From assembly GCF_964213995.1 (NCBI RefSeq), contig NC_135806.1, positions 93,186,001 to 93,250,000 of the forward strand: a DNA stretch of 64,000 nucleotides, given 5' to 3'. This document shows, piece after piece, positions 50,581-62,964 of the stretch. The notes under the pieces are model-generated. The model had not been told where the DNA came from and did no database searches. It saw only the letters and a program-made list of their open reading frames with translations. A program made the position numbers and the translations under genes. The DNA comes from Mustelus asterias. Lineage: Eukaryota. Numbering within the stretch: position 1 is the stretch's first letter; each line of letters begins with the position of its first letter.

Positions 50581-53107
50581 TCTAGAATGAGTTTGGAAGG
50601 TGCTGTTTAAGGAGCCTTCATGAATTCCTGCAGTGCATCTTGTATATGGTACACACTGCTGCCACTGTTCATTGGTGATGGAGGGAGTGACAATCAGCTG
50701 GGCTACTTTGTTCTGGATGGTGTTGCATTTCTTAAGCGTTGTTGGAATTGCATTCATTCAAGCATGGGGGTAGTAATCAATCAGCTCCTGATTGTGCATT
50801 GTAGATGGTGGACAGGCTTTGTGGAGTCTGGAGGTGAGTTACTGCAGGAATCCTAGCTTTTGACCTGCTCTTGTAGCCATGTAAGGCCAGTCCAACTAAG
50901 TTGCTGGTCAATGATAAGCCCCAGGATGTTGATTGTGCCTCAGATTGTAACTGATCCCTTCACGCTATACATTTTTGATTTAGGAGGTGTAAAACAGTAA
51001 TACTAGAACTTCAAAAGTACTGAACTATCAGGATCATAACCATAGGGTATTGGTGATGTTATTGCGGAAATGCTTAATTTGCCCATATCAAATGGCACTC
51101 TCTGCAATTTTTCTACATTACAACAATGAATAAACTTCAAAAGTTTCATTCATTTTGAATACTTTGAGATATTTGAGGTAGTCAAATATAAATGAATATA
51201 GATGTATATGTAAAGGCTATGGAGGCGATCTTGAACTCACACGTTCTATGGCGGGGTCCAAAATCTGGAAGTCACAGTTCTCGCCAGCAAGTTCACTATT
51301 TTTCCCCTTGCCAGTGATGTTATAACAGGCATGAACCTGTTTTATATGAATTTGAATGTATTTAATGTTATTAACCAGCCCCTTTGCCAGATATTGACCC
51401 CCCCCCCCCATATATTGATACCGTGCCAGTGTGTATACAACCGGCTAACACAGATGTGAACCTATTGTGGGGGTCTTCACGGGGCGCAAAGGTAAGTATA
51501 GCTCCCGGAAGAGAGGGACGTGGCCTGACTGGCCTGGCACTGCCCCTTGGCACAAGTTGGCATTGCCAGATTGGCATCATGCTAAGAGAAACACGCCAGT
51601 TTTCTTGCCAGAAACAACACTCTACCATTTTTTGGTCAGATTTAGCCATACATATCCATAATATCATTAAATCTACTTATTTAATCTGTAACATTGCCTC
51701 AACTCCAATATATCCTCACTCCTTCAATTTTGGCCTCTTGAGCATTTCCAATTTTAATGGCTTCACCATTAGGAGCTGAAGCTGTCAAGGCCCAAAACTC
51801 TGAAATTCTCTCCTTAAATGTCTCCTCCTCTCTTCCTTCCTTTAAGAGGCTCTTTATAACCTAAACTTACACCAAGTTTAGGGTCATCAGCCCTAATATC
51901 TCCTCGTAGCTCACTGTCAAATTTTGTTTCAAAACACCCTGTGAAGTGCACAGGAATATTTCTCTCTCCTGAAGGTGCTGTACAAACCTTAATCATTTAT
52001 TTTTAGTAGATTACTGTCTCTGCTAATATGGTGCAGCGAGGGTTCTGTCTTAGCACGATCAGCATTCACATCATATCCAATAATGATTGTATCTTTTTGA
52101 ATAATTATCCAAGTTGACATCAATTTTCTAAAGGTAAATAGTCACATTACACTTCTATTAATAATTACAATATCAACAGAAACAATCTGGTACAAATAGT
52201 GCCAACCTGTTGGCCTCAGTGGGCTTAGCAAGTGAGGTCCTAAACCAGTGTTTAACCAGACGAATCAGATCCTTCACACCAACTGTAGATGACTTCACAA
52301 AATCCACCTGATATTGCAGCAGAGCGATTGAATAAAGCTGGATTTTTACATCATCACCACAATTATATAATTGTCGGTATAAATTCCTTTTAACATCTGG
52401 ACAATAAAAGAAATCCCACTTAAGATTTTGTTTCTGTCACAATATCATCTTTATCTTGTGCCTTTTGGACAATTTGAATCATCTCAAAGTGCAGTATAAT
52501 GATTTACTCTTTCACACAGCAATTGCTTTTAATTCACAGACAAACAGAGCTGCTATTTTGCACACAACATCCCACAGACAGCAGGGAAATAAGCAGTTAA
52601 TCTATTTTTGGGCTACTACTTGACAGAAAAGGGCTGGGCAGAATACTGAGAGAAATCCAAGCCCCCATAAATAACGTCAAGGTATCTTTCAAAGATAGGT
52701 GCAAAGGCATCATGGGTATGTTGCTAGATTAGGAATCCAGAGGCTGGCACTAACAGTCTGAACGTATGTGTTCAGCTCTCAATAGAATCATATAATCATA
52801 CAGTGCAGAAGAGGCCCTTCGGCCCATTGAGTCTGCACTGAGACGCGAGAAACATCAGAGCTCCCACCTAATCCCATTTACCAGCACTTGGCCCAATATG
52901 GGGAATTTAAATTCAGTTAATTAAACAATTCTAGAATAAAATACTAGTATCAGTAATGGTGACCATGATACTATTGCATTGTTGCAAAAATCCAGCTGGT
53001 TCACTAATGTCCACTGGAAAGGAAACAGCTATCCTTACCTGATGGTTGATTCTTAACTTCCTCTAAAATGGCCCAGGAAGTTACTCCCTTGTAGCTTTGG
53101 CTACAAA

Positions 53108-53482
53108 GGGGGCGATTTTCCCAAAGAAAGTCTAAGTGCCCAATGGGCTGGAAAATGGGAAATTTTCCCTCCCGTTTTTTGGGCATTTTTACTGGGATGA
53201 GTTTCCAGCACTCTGTGCTCCACAGAATCCACCGGGAGATTCACGCTGGTAAGCGAGGGGCAGGACATAATCCCACCCAAGAGGCTGGCATCAGCATGCG
53301 GAGCGGGCCACTACATATGCGCTGATCTGTCAGTAGGGAGATCTGCGCATGCTCAATTCCCCCTGCCCCCCCACTGCCAGCCTCCCGATTGCCAGCTTTG
53401 AATACTTCCCCGGCCACCCACTCCCGATCGCCAGCTTCCCCGACCCACTGGAGCAGCGCAGCGGGCTGGGAAAATCGTGCCC
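53108..53482. mobile_element. Non-autonomous Harbinger-like MITE
   Basis: 15-bp TIRs GGGGGCGATTTTCCC / GGGAAAATCGTGCCC (13 of 15 match), with AAA on both sides as a 3-bp TSD. Confidence 0.75.
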
Positions 53483-53489
53483 AAATAGT

Positions 53490-54240
53490 TTAATAGGAAT
53501 AAAACCAAATGGACAACCATGGCACCAGATATAACAAAGGCACACCCTGCTCAGTTGACATTGCAAAATCTTCCTCATTAATATTTGGGGACTTGTGCCA
53601 GGATTCGGAGAATCCTACTCCACAGACTAGTCAAGCAGTCTGTGACATGGCAGTGACAGAAACATTCTTTTTAACCATCATCTGGGTGGTACTGCCGGTG
53701 GCACTGTGGTATACAATTGAGAAGGAATAGCCCCGAGAATCCTCATCACCGACTCCAGGTCCCATAAAAACTTATGGCATCAAATCTGACATGGGCAAGG
53801 AAACCTCTTTCTGATTATCACCTACCACACTCCATCAGTGAAGAATCCCTGTTCCTTCATGTTGAAGACTACGTGGAAAAAGCACAGAGTAGAAAGGGCA
53901 CAGAATGTAATCTGGGTGGGGGACTTCAATGTCCATCACAAGAGGGCTTGGTAGTGCCACTGCAAGCAGATCTGGACAAAACCTGAAGGATGTAATTTGC
54001 CACACTGGGCCTACAGCAAGTGGTAAGAGATCCAGCATGAAGTAAAAAACCTAACTTAATTCATCCTCAGCAATCTGTGTGTCACACATACATGATAGTC
54101 TTGGTAAGAATGATCATTGCACAGTCCTTGTTGACGTAAAGCTGCATCTTCACAGATAGGTCATGCTCCATTGTGTTGCAAGCCACTACCATTGTGTTAA
54201 ATGGAATGGTTTCAGAACAGAGCAACAGAAAACTGCAAAA
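53490..54240 (+). pseudogene. LINE APE-endonuclease remnant
   Basis: Frameshifted WVGDFNVHH motif at about 53913-53940, with LIL.NL and G.NDH-like motifs downstream. Confidence 0.55.
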
Positions 54241-54464
54241 GGCAATTGTTGTCACCTTGCTTCCAGAATTTAGATCTTTGATTTATGATTAGACAAAGAC
54301 TGCAATAAAGTCTGGAGCTGAATGGTCATGGTTGTTGCCAGAAAATCTGACAGGTTTTATTTTTATTATACTTTGTCATAGTGAATTGGTACAATGGAGT
54401 TTCTTGCTAGGCCATTACAAGGAGCTGTTAAGAGTCAACCACATTGCTCTGGTCTAGAGTCACA

Positions 54465-54634
54465 AATGGGTAAGGATGGCAGATCCCAGAATGGGTAAGG
54501 ATGGCAGATCCCAGAATGGGTAAGGATGGCAGATCCCAGAATGGGTAAGGATGGCAGATCCCAGAATGGGTAAGGATGGCAGATCCCAGAATGGGTAAGG
54601 ATGGCAGATCCCAGAATGGGTAAGGATGGCAGAT
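54465..54634. repeat. 25-bp perfect tandem repeat, about 6.8 copies
   Basis: Unit AATGGGTAAGGATGGCAGATCCCAG. Confidence 0.97.
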
Positions 54635-56247
54635 TTCCTTCCCAAAAGGACATTAGTGGACCAGCTGAATTTTCACAGCAATTTGGTAGTTTTGTGTCCA
54701 CATTTATTTTTGAAAAATCCAGATCAATATAATTCATTGAATTTAAACTGCCAGTTGCTGCACTTGGATTTGAATTCAGATCTCCTGATCATTAGCCCTG
54801 GCCTCTGAAACATTAACTAATAATATAATCACTATGCTACATATTCAGGTATTATTAATCAATTTGCTACAAAGTGTAAATTGTGAGTATGCAAACCATA
54901 ATATAAAATAAACAATGGAATGTTTCTTTAAATATGGAAAAAATATTAAAACAGACAGAGAGAGAACTAAGATGTATTCCTTTTAGTACATTGTCCACAG
55001 CAAAATACATTAGGTGCTCAGATCTAAGTAACAGTGAAAAATAAAATGCAAACCTTTGGATGGAATTGATCCTAATAAATCATAGCAAAGCATAACATCA
55101 AAGTGATGAATATGTAGTTCTTTGAAACACTTGAACTGAAATCGAAGAGAAAGTGAGGCCTTCTTTTCCATCAATATTCTAAAATGACAAACAATTTGAA
55201 TCATATACTTGCATCACTAAACGTTAATGGTGTTGTATCTTATTTTATCCAGAATTAACATAATTTTTAACATAATGCAGAATTAACACAACTTGTGCTC
55301 TTGGGTGTAGTTATAGGAAAAGGCAAACATCTCTAATGAAAGGATTTGGGAAGAATCTTGTAAGAGATTTCCTCAGAGTAAGGTAAATTTCCCTTTTGAT
55401 TGGAAAGTCAAGTTTTCATAGTCTTCTGTGGAGTTTTATTTGGTCCAAAGGATGGGTAGAAGGGACTTGGAAAGAGCTCAATAACAGAAATGGTCAAATT
55501 ATAGTGGGAGGATGTGACCTTAAAGTCAGGTTCCTCTGTATTTCAGGCTGTATAGTAGCATGGGCTGCTTCAATACCAAAAGGAGCAGTGGAAGTTGTAG
55601 ATCTCCCTCATATGGGTCAAATGACCTGATCCACTCCTCTAGGATGCCAACAATCGACTCTTCGAACCTCATTGTATTAGCTTTCAACTGAGGCTCAATA
55701 GAGCTGAACATGGGTCATAGATTCTGCTCACAGAGGGTAGGCCTAATTTCAAAGAAGCCACCCACAAACCTGGCTATCAACTACAAATAGTGACGGATTG
55801 TGACAGGGATTCAGAGAACACACGACAAAACACAATACTATCAAAAACAGAGATTACTGGAGGCACACAAGCAAACTAGTGAGCAGCAGAAAGAGAAAAT
55901 GAGGTTAACTGATCGGACTGATGAAGAATCCCACACAAAGCAAATGTAACAAATGTGTTTGGTGTTTTCTATAATTTTTGATTTGATTTTAAAATTTCCA
56001 GCATTAACAATCCTTAATTTTTAATAAGCATTTCTTTGTCTCACCTGTTGGCCATTACAGATAATTTCAGCTTATTTTCCAGGCCACACAACATATACGG
56101 TATCTTCTCCTTGCAGTCATCAAGGCTCATAAATGAGGAGCTGAATATCACAACATCAATATCAGACCAATCTCTGGTGTCTGTCCCTTTGAAATAAGAG
56201 CCGCCCTGTGAAGATATATGGCAAAAATTACAAAATAGGACAGAATA

Positions 56248-56555
56248 GGGCAGTACTCTGGCACAATGGTTAGCACTGCTGCCTCACAGCGCCAGGGACC
56301 CGGGTTCGATTCCTGGCTTGGGTCACTGTCAGGGCGGAGTCTACATGTTCTCCTGTGTCTGCGTGGCTTTCCTCCGGGTGCTCCAGTTTCCTCCCACAGT
56401 CCAAAAGACATGCTGGTTATGTGCATTGGCCATGCTAAATTCTCCCTCAGTGTACTCGAATAGGCACCGGTGTGGCGCGACTAGGGGATTTTCACAGTAA
56501 CTTCATTGTAGTGTTAATGCAAGTCTACTGGTGACACTAATAAATGAACTTTAAA
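56248..56555 (+). mobile_element. V-SINE
   Basis: A box TGGCACAATGG, B box GGGTTCGATTCC and a V-domain. The tail is shared with the 37240 copy. Confidence 0.88.
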
Positions 56556-56799
56556 AGTAGAAAGATTTGCATTCACGTAGCGCCTTTCACAACCCAAGGA
56601 CATTGCAAAATGCTTTACCATCAATGAAGTACATTTCAAGTGTAGTCACTGTTACCGGACAAGAAACATGATGGCCACTTTTCACAAAACAAACCACACA
56701 AACAACCAATGAAATAAATGAGCAGATTATCTACTTAGGTCCTGGTTGAAGGATAGGTATTGTCCAGGACATCAGGAGAACTCATTTGTTTTCCATCAC

Positions 56800-57115
56800 T
56801 GTGGTGAACCATCGTTGGTTCCCACTGGATAGTACTGGGCCAGGGCTGGCCAGCACTATGGGAATGTATATAGGTTACTGTGGGATTGTACTAATGTTGT
56901 TGTTGGGCTAGGGTGGGATTGATACCCCTGTGGTTGTTACTGTTGTGGCACATCCCAGTCGGGCTCCGCCTCCTGGGAGAGGTATAAGACCCCCTGTTCG
57001 GACGGGACCCCTTCAGTCTGGGATAGTGTGTTAAAGTTCTGATAGTTCCATTGTTAGTTAATAAAAGCCTTCTTTTACCGAAGCTTTGTGCCTCGTGTCC
57101 AATTGATGCGCATCA
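56800..57115 (+). repeat. 5' LTR (316 bp)
   Basis: Differs from the 3' LTR by 4 substitutions and one 2-bp indel. Confidence 0.97.
56964..57017 (+). promoter_or_regulatory. LTR core promoter (GC box, TATA, Inr-like)
   Basis: CTCCGCC at 56964-56970, TATAAG at 56983-56988 and TCAGT at 57013-57017, about 30 bp downstream of the TATA box. Confidence 0.55.
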
Positions 57116-57169
57116 ATTTTATTAACTAAAATTAAACTCTCGACGGAAGAAAAAAAAAGAAAGGAGAGT

Positions 57170-60100
57170 ATGGAGCAAATCCTCAAGCCAGAACGTCTGA
57201 CACTAGATCCACGTGCGGTGGGCGCTTCTAACACCTTCGACCACTGGCTGAAGTGTTTTGAAGACTACCTGGCAGCCTCCGCAGCGGTCACCACAGATGA
57301 TGACAGACTCCGGGTCCTCCATGCGAGGGTAAGCGACACAGTCTACCTCGCGATCCGTGCGGCCACCACTTACCCGAGGGCCCTCGAGCTTCTAAAAAAG
57401 CGCTATACGAAACCTCCTAACGAGATCCACGCTCGTTACCTCCTCGCTACACGACGTTGGCAGTCGGGCGAAACCATGGAGGACTACGCCAATGAGCTCT
57501 TACAGCTAGCCAGGGGCTGTGACTGCAAAGCTGTGTCGGCTGGGCAGTACATGTACGACCTCGCCCGAGATGCGTTTGTGGCCGGGGTCGGGTCTTCATA
57601 CATCCGTCTCAAGCTGCTAGAAAAGGGGAATCTCAACCTGACCCAAGCCATGGAATTAGCTGAAATGCTCGAGGCGGCTTCGAAGAGCTTGGTCCTGTAT
57701 CCGGAGGACCACGTGGAGACAACGTGGCAGGAGCAGTCGCAAATCCCTCCTCGCCCCTCGGGCTTGAAGTGCAGTGTTATGGCGTGCTCCCATGTGGACC
57801 AGACGACGGCTGCAGCCCCATGCGGCCCGCGGTGCTACTCCTGCGGAGGAGCCAAACATACCCGACAAAAGTGTCCCGCTAAAGCGGTAGTCTGTACCGC
57901 ATGCGGTAAAAAGGGGCATTATGCGAAGGTGGGCAGATCGAAGCCCAGGAACAGCAGTGCGGCCAGTAACCCTTCGGAACGGGGATCATCACCATCATCG
58001 TCGAAGTACTCACGAGGTTCGTCCACGTGCGAGTCCAGGACGATGCCATTGCGGTCGACGGAGTCGGAGGATGACGACCACCAGGGGTCACTAAGTTTGG
58101 CGCCCTCACCCATGTGCGATTCATAGGAGCAGCCATTTTGGTCGACGATGACCATGAGCGACCAGCAGGGGTCCTCAGCATCGACCTCAGCTGCCTGCAG
58201 TGACGTTCACGGACCAATGGTGGCATCGATCACCCTGGACCAGGCTAAGCCTCACAGGCTTGATTGTTCGATGATGGATATACAGGTAAATGATCATGCG
58301 ATTTATTGTCTGTTTGACAGCGGGAGCACTGAGAGCTTTATTCACCCTGACACTGTGAAGAGGTGTGGACTCCAGATTCAACCTGCCAAACAGACAATCT
58401 CTATGGCATCAAGGTCCCGGTCTGTCGCTGTGCTAGGACGTTGTGTGGTAACTTTGAAAGTGCAAGGCACAATTTACGAGCGTTTCAGGCTCCTTGTGTT
58501 GCCGCATCTTTGCGCACCAATTCTCCTCTGACTAAACTTTATGGTCCACATGAAGAGTGTGATCCTACAGTACAGTGGGCCACTCCCTTCGCTGACAGTG
58601 GGAGAACAGCTGCAGTCTCCAAATTGTCCAAAGCGCCCCGCCTGCAATCTTTCTACGTTAAAGATCACCACACCCTCTTTATTTCAGAATCTGGTACCAG
58701 GCTGCAAGCCCATCGCCACTAAAAGTAGGCGTTACAGCACTGAGGATCGGATCTTCATCAGATCTGAGGTTCAGCGACTCCTCAAAGAAGGGATCATACA
58801 GCCCAGTGTTAGTCCGTGGAGAGCACAGGTTGTGGTGGTCAAGAGCGGGAACAAACCCCGGATGGTCATTGATTACAGTCAGACCATTAACCGATATACG
58901 CAGCTGGATGCGTATCCTCTCCCGCGCATATCTGATATGGTCAATCAGATTGCGCAGTACCGGGTGTTCTCCACCATAGACCTTAAGTCCGCCTACCACC
59001 AACTCCCCATTCGCCCAGAGGACCGACAATACACGGCCTTTGAGGCGGATGGTCGTCTGTATCATTTCCTTAGGGTTCCATTTGGTGTCACCAATGGGGT
59101 CTCGGTCTTCCAGCGTGCTATGGACCGAATGGTGGACCAGAACAGGCTGCAGGCTACCTTCCCGTACCTGGATAATGTCACCATCTGCGGCCGTGATCAG
59201 CAGGACCATGACACAAATCTCCAGAACTTTTTACGCACTGCATCTCGCCTGAATTTGACCTACAACAGGGAGAAGTGTGTATTCCGTACGCGCCGGTTAG
59301 CCATCCTGGGATACGTGGTGGAAAACGGGGTCATTGGCCCTGATCCAGACCGTATGCGCCCCCTTGCTGAACTTCCCTTGCCCGCTAGCGCAAAAGCACT
59401 GAGAAGATGCCTAGGCTTCTTCTCCTATTATGCGCAGTGGGTCCCCAACTACGCGGACAAAGCCCGTCCGCTTATTAAGTCCACGACTTTTCCACTCACG
59501 CCAGAGGCCCAATTGGCCTTCAAGGAATTGAAACACGACATCGCGAAAGCCACGATGCACGCGGTAGACGAATCCATCCCTTTTCAGGTGGAAAGCGATG
59601 CATCTGATTTCGCCCTGGCCGCCACACTAAACCAGGCGGGCAGGCCCGTCGCGTTTTTTTCCCGCACCCTCCAAGGCCCCGAAATTCGGCATTCAGCGGT
59701 GGAAAAGGAGGCCCAGGCCATTGTGGAGGCCGTCAGACACTGGCGCCATTACCTGGCGGGAAAGCGGTTCACCCTGATCACGGACCAGCGGTCCGTGGCG
59801 TTCATGTTCAACAACTCGCAGAGGGGCAAGATCAAGAATGACAAGATCTTGCGGTGGAGAATTGAACTCTCCACCTATAACTACGATATCATGTATCATC
59901 CAGGGAAACTCAATGAGCCCTCGGATGCCCTCTCGCGCGGAACATGCGCTACTACGCAGGAGGATCGCTTGAACGCCCTCCATAATGACCTGTGCCATCC
60001 GGGGGTCACTCGGCTCTACCACTTTGTCAAAGCCCGCAACCTGCCTTACTCGGTGGAGGACGTCAGGTCGGTGACAAGGAGCTGTCGGATTTGCGCGGAA

Positions 60101-61164
60101 TGCAAACCGCACTTTTACCGACCTGACCGGGCACATTTGGTCAAGGCCACTCGCCCCTTCGAGAGGCTGAGTGTTGATTTTAAGGGCCCCCTTCCCTCAA
60201 CAGATCGGAACGTGTACTTTCTGAACATAATAGATGAGTACTCCCGGTTCCCGTTTGTTGTCCCCTGCGCGGACACATCGGCTGCCACGGTGATCAAGGC
60301 ATTCCGTGACCTTTTTACCCTGTTCGGGTACCCCAGCTATATCCATAGCGACAGGGGCTCGTCGTTCATGAACAATGACTTGAGGCAATTCCTGCTCTCA
60401 TATGGGATTGCCTCTAGTAGGACCACGAGTTACAACCCTAGGGGTAATGGACAGGTGGAACGAGAGAATGCTACAGTCTGGAAGGCTGTCCTATTGGCGT
60501 TGAAGTCCAGAGGCCTTCCAGTCTCCCGTTGGCAGGAGGTCCTCCCCGATGCGCTTCACTCCATTCGCTCCCTCCTGTGTACGGCAACCAATGCTACTCC
60601 CCACGAGAGGATGTTCTCATTCCCTCGGAAGTCGTCCTCGGGGATATCTTTACCAGCCTGGTTGACGTACCCAGGACCCGTCCTCCTGCAGCGACATGTA
60701 AGGGCCCGCAAGTCCGACCCCTTGGTCGAACAGGTCCACCTCCTCCACGCCAATCCTCAGTATGCCTATGTGGCATATCCTGACGGGCGAGAGGACACAG
60801 TCTTGATCCGAGACCTGGCGCCGGCAGGGGACGTAGCAACTCCTGTCGCTCCCATACCCCCAGTGACAAATCCCTTATCCCTTATTTCTCCCCGGACGTG
60901 GCGCGGACAGCATCGGGACCAGGGCTTAACAGTTTTACTCCAATGCACAGCTTGCCTGAGCCCCGAAGATCGTCGCCACCGCAGAATGTGTCAGGATCCC
61001 CTGCACTACCGTTTCATCAGGGTCAACCGGCCTGTGAGTCCGTGGGAGAACAGCTGGATGCCGTTTTGGGGAGAACGCCACCGCAAGTGCCTACTCCGGT
61101 GTCACTGCCGGTATTGAGGAGGTCACAACGACGGTGCGGTCCTCCAGACCGTCTGAACTTATAA
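57170..61164 (+). pseudogene. Gypsy gag-pol single ORF with two in-frame stops and a late frameshift
   Basis: ORFs starting at 57170, 58148 and 58541 share one frame and are separated by TAG (58124) and TGA (58529, in the LL*LNF motif). Motifs: PR LFDSGS, RT IDLKSAY/PFG/YLDN, RNase H SDAS/EKEA/TDQ/DALSR, IN HHCC plus VDFKG/SDRG/QVER. The C-terminal LRRSQR..PPDRLNL is in another frame after about 60890. Confidence 0.93.
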
Positions 61165-61226
61165 TCTGTTGACATTTTAGTCTGTTTTCGTACCCCGCCG
61201 GCCTTTGTTCTCAAAGGAGGGGTGAA

Positions 61227-61540
61227 TGTGGTGAACCATCGTTGGTTCCCACTGGATAGTACTGGGCCAGGGCTGGCCAGCACTATGGGAATGTATATAG
61301 GTTACTGTGGGATTGTACTAATGTTGTTGTTGGGCTAGGGTGGGATTGATACCCGTGGTTGTTACTGTTGTGGCACATCCCAGTCGGGCTCCGCCTCCTG
61401 GGAGAGATACAAGACCCCCTGCTCGGACGGGACCTCTTCAGTCTGGGATAGTGTGTTAAAGTTCTGATAGTTCCATTGTTAGTTAATAAAAGCCTTCTTT
61501 TACCGAAGCTTTGTGCCTCGTGTCCAATTGATGCGCATCA
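61227..61540 (+). repeat. 3' LTR (314 bp)
   Basis: Preceded by the PPT and followed by the TSD ATCAC. Confidence 0.97.
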
Positions 61541-62964
61541 ATCACACAGTGCTGTGGGGTTTTTATGTCCACCTACGAGGATAGATGGGGCCTCGGTTTA
61601 ACATGTCATCTGAAAGATGCACCTCCAGTAGTGCAGCACTCCTTCAACACTGCACAGACATACCAGCCAAGGTCATCTGCTCAAATCACTGGAGTGGGAC
61701 TTGAAGCAACAATCTCCTAATGCACGCTCACCGTAAACATTTAAATAATTTGCTAAAAAATATTAGAGATATTTCACAGGTTGAATTAGTGATTTATTTT
61801 CTAAGACCAATAATTTATAAATCTTAAAATACAAAGTTTTTAGGAATTTAGGTAAAGGCAATAAATCACTTAAATTGTTCCTGGCACAAACCTCTCTATG
61901 TATTAGTTATAGTTGATAACAGTTTAGTCTGAAGTCACCTTATCCTTCTGATGATTGATTACTTGGTCCATCGGTTAACTAGAGGCTTGCAGTGTATCCC
62001 TGTCTGGAACCCTCTTTCTGACTCATCTTTACCGCTGGGCACAGCTATCCAGTAAGGTTACTGCAGAGTCTCGCATTAGTAGAATATATAATTACTATAC
62101 ATCAGTACACTAACTACTGTGGTGTGTAGGTACAGTGGAATTACATTTTATAAGCTTCGCTTCTGCCAGTTGAATATAAAATCTCTTTCAAGCTTACAAA
62201 TTCATCCATGAATACTGACCATTTAGGTTTGAATCCACATTGATAACTAGACTTGGGCACTTTCAGCTTGCTCTCGGAGTGGAGTGCTCGACTTTGTGAA
62301 GAATCTTCAAACAACTTACTGACTTCAGCCAGTTGCTGTTAATTCACTAAGTTGACTCTGCCTCACCAGACTAAATTGGTAAATGTGAGTTGTTGGCCTA
62401 AATTCCTCAGAGTGATAATCAGCAGTGGAGTGACACTCCGTACCGACTTAGCTGCTCTCAAATTCCATAGTACCTGTCTCATCCGACCTTCTGCATTCAG
62501 GCCGGGTGAGACTCAGGCAGTGAAGAGTGTCCCTGGCTGTAGCAACAAGAAGGAGTGGAGCAAAGGAGGACACGTCCCCTTTTTACAGCACTAGCTGCCG
62601 TAAAGCAGGTTTGAAGGTCTCATTGAAAGAGAGAAGATTGGTTTCTGAGGCAAGTGAATAAAATGAGGGGGTGGGGGGGCGGGGATGTGGATATTGGGGG
62701 AATGAAGAGTTGGACATTGGAGGGCAATGGGGAAGGGGGAAGTCAGGGAGAGAGTGTGGGCTGGGGGCGTGAGGCTGGGTTGGGTACATTGGGGTGAGGT
62801 GGGGCTGTCCAGTTGGGGAGGTGGGATCATTTGAGTCAGGGGGTGAAGGGGTGGTTGGGCCGATGTGGGATCAGGCTCGGTCGGGGGATGGGAGAGGGAG
62901 GGAGGGAGGGTCAGGGCAAGGTGGGAGGGGGATACGTAAGTGTGTACAGTGTGGGGCTTGGTTT

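Larger units (their letters stand above)
56800..61540 (+). mobile_element. Full-length Ty3/Gypsy LTR retrotransposon, Mag-like
   Basis: TG...CA LTRs at 56800-57115 and 61227-61540, 5-bp TSD ATCAC, PPT AAAGGAGGGGTGAA at 61213-61226, domain order gag-PR-RT-RH-IN and tandem CCHC knuckles. Confidence 0.97.
56557..61725 (-). mobile_element. DeuSINE-like element split by the Gypsy insertion (56557-56799 and 61541-61725)
   Basis: The left part TTGCATTCACGTAGCGCCTTTCACAAC... continues on the far side of the LTR element as ...GGGGCCTCGGTTTAACATGTCATCTGAAAG...GAGTGGGACTTGAA. Confidence 0.65.

Noticed and set aside
54435-54737. Repeat array as CRISPR or as a repetitive protein
   Set aside because: The units are head-to-tail with no spacers, and the context is eukaryotic.
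58124-58126. Programmed gag-pol stop readthrough
   Set aside because: A second in-frame stop in a conserved LLGLDF-like motif and a late frameshift show decay. TGG>TAG is the simpler explanation, although a family alignment is needed to be sure.
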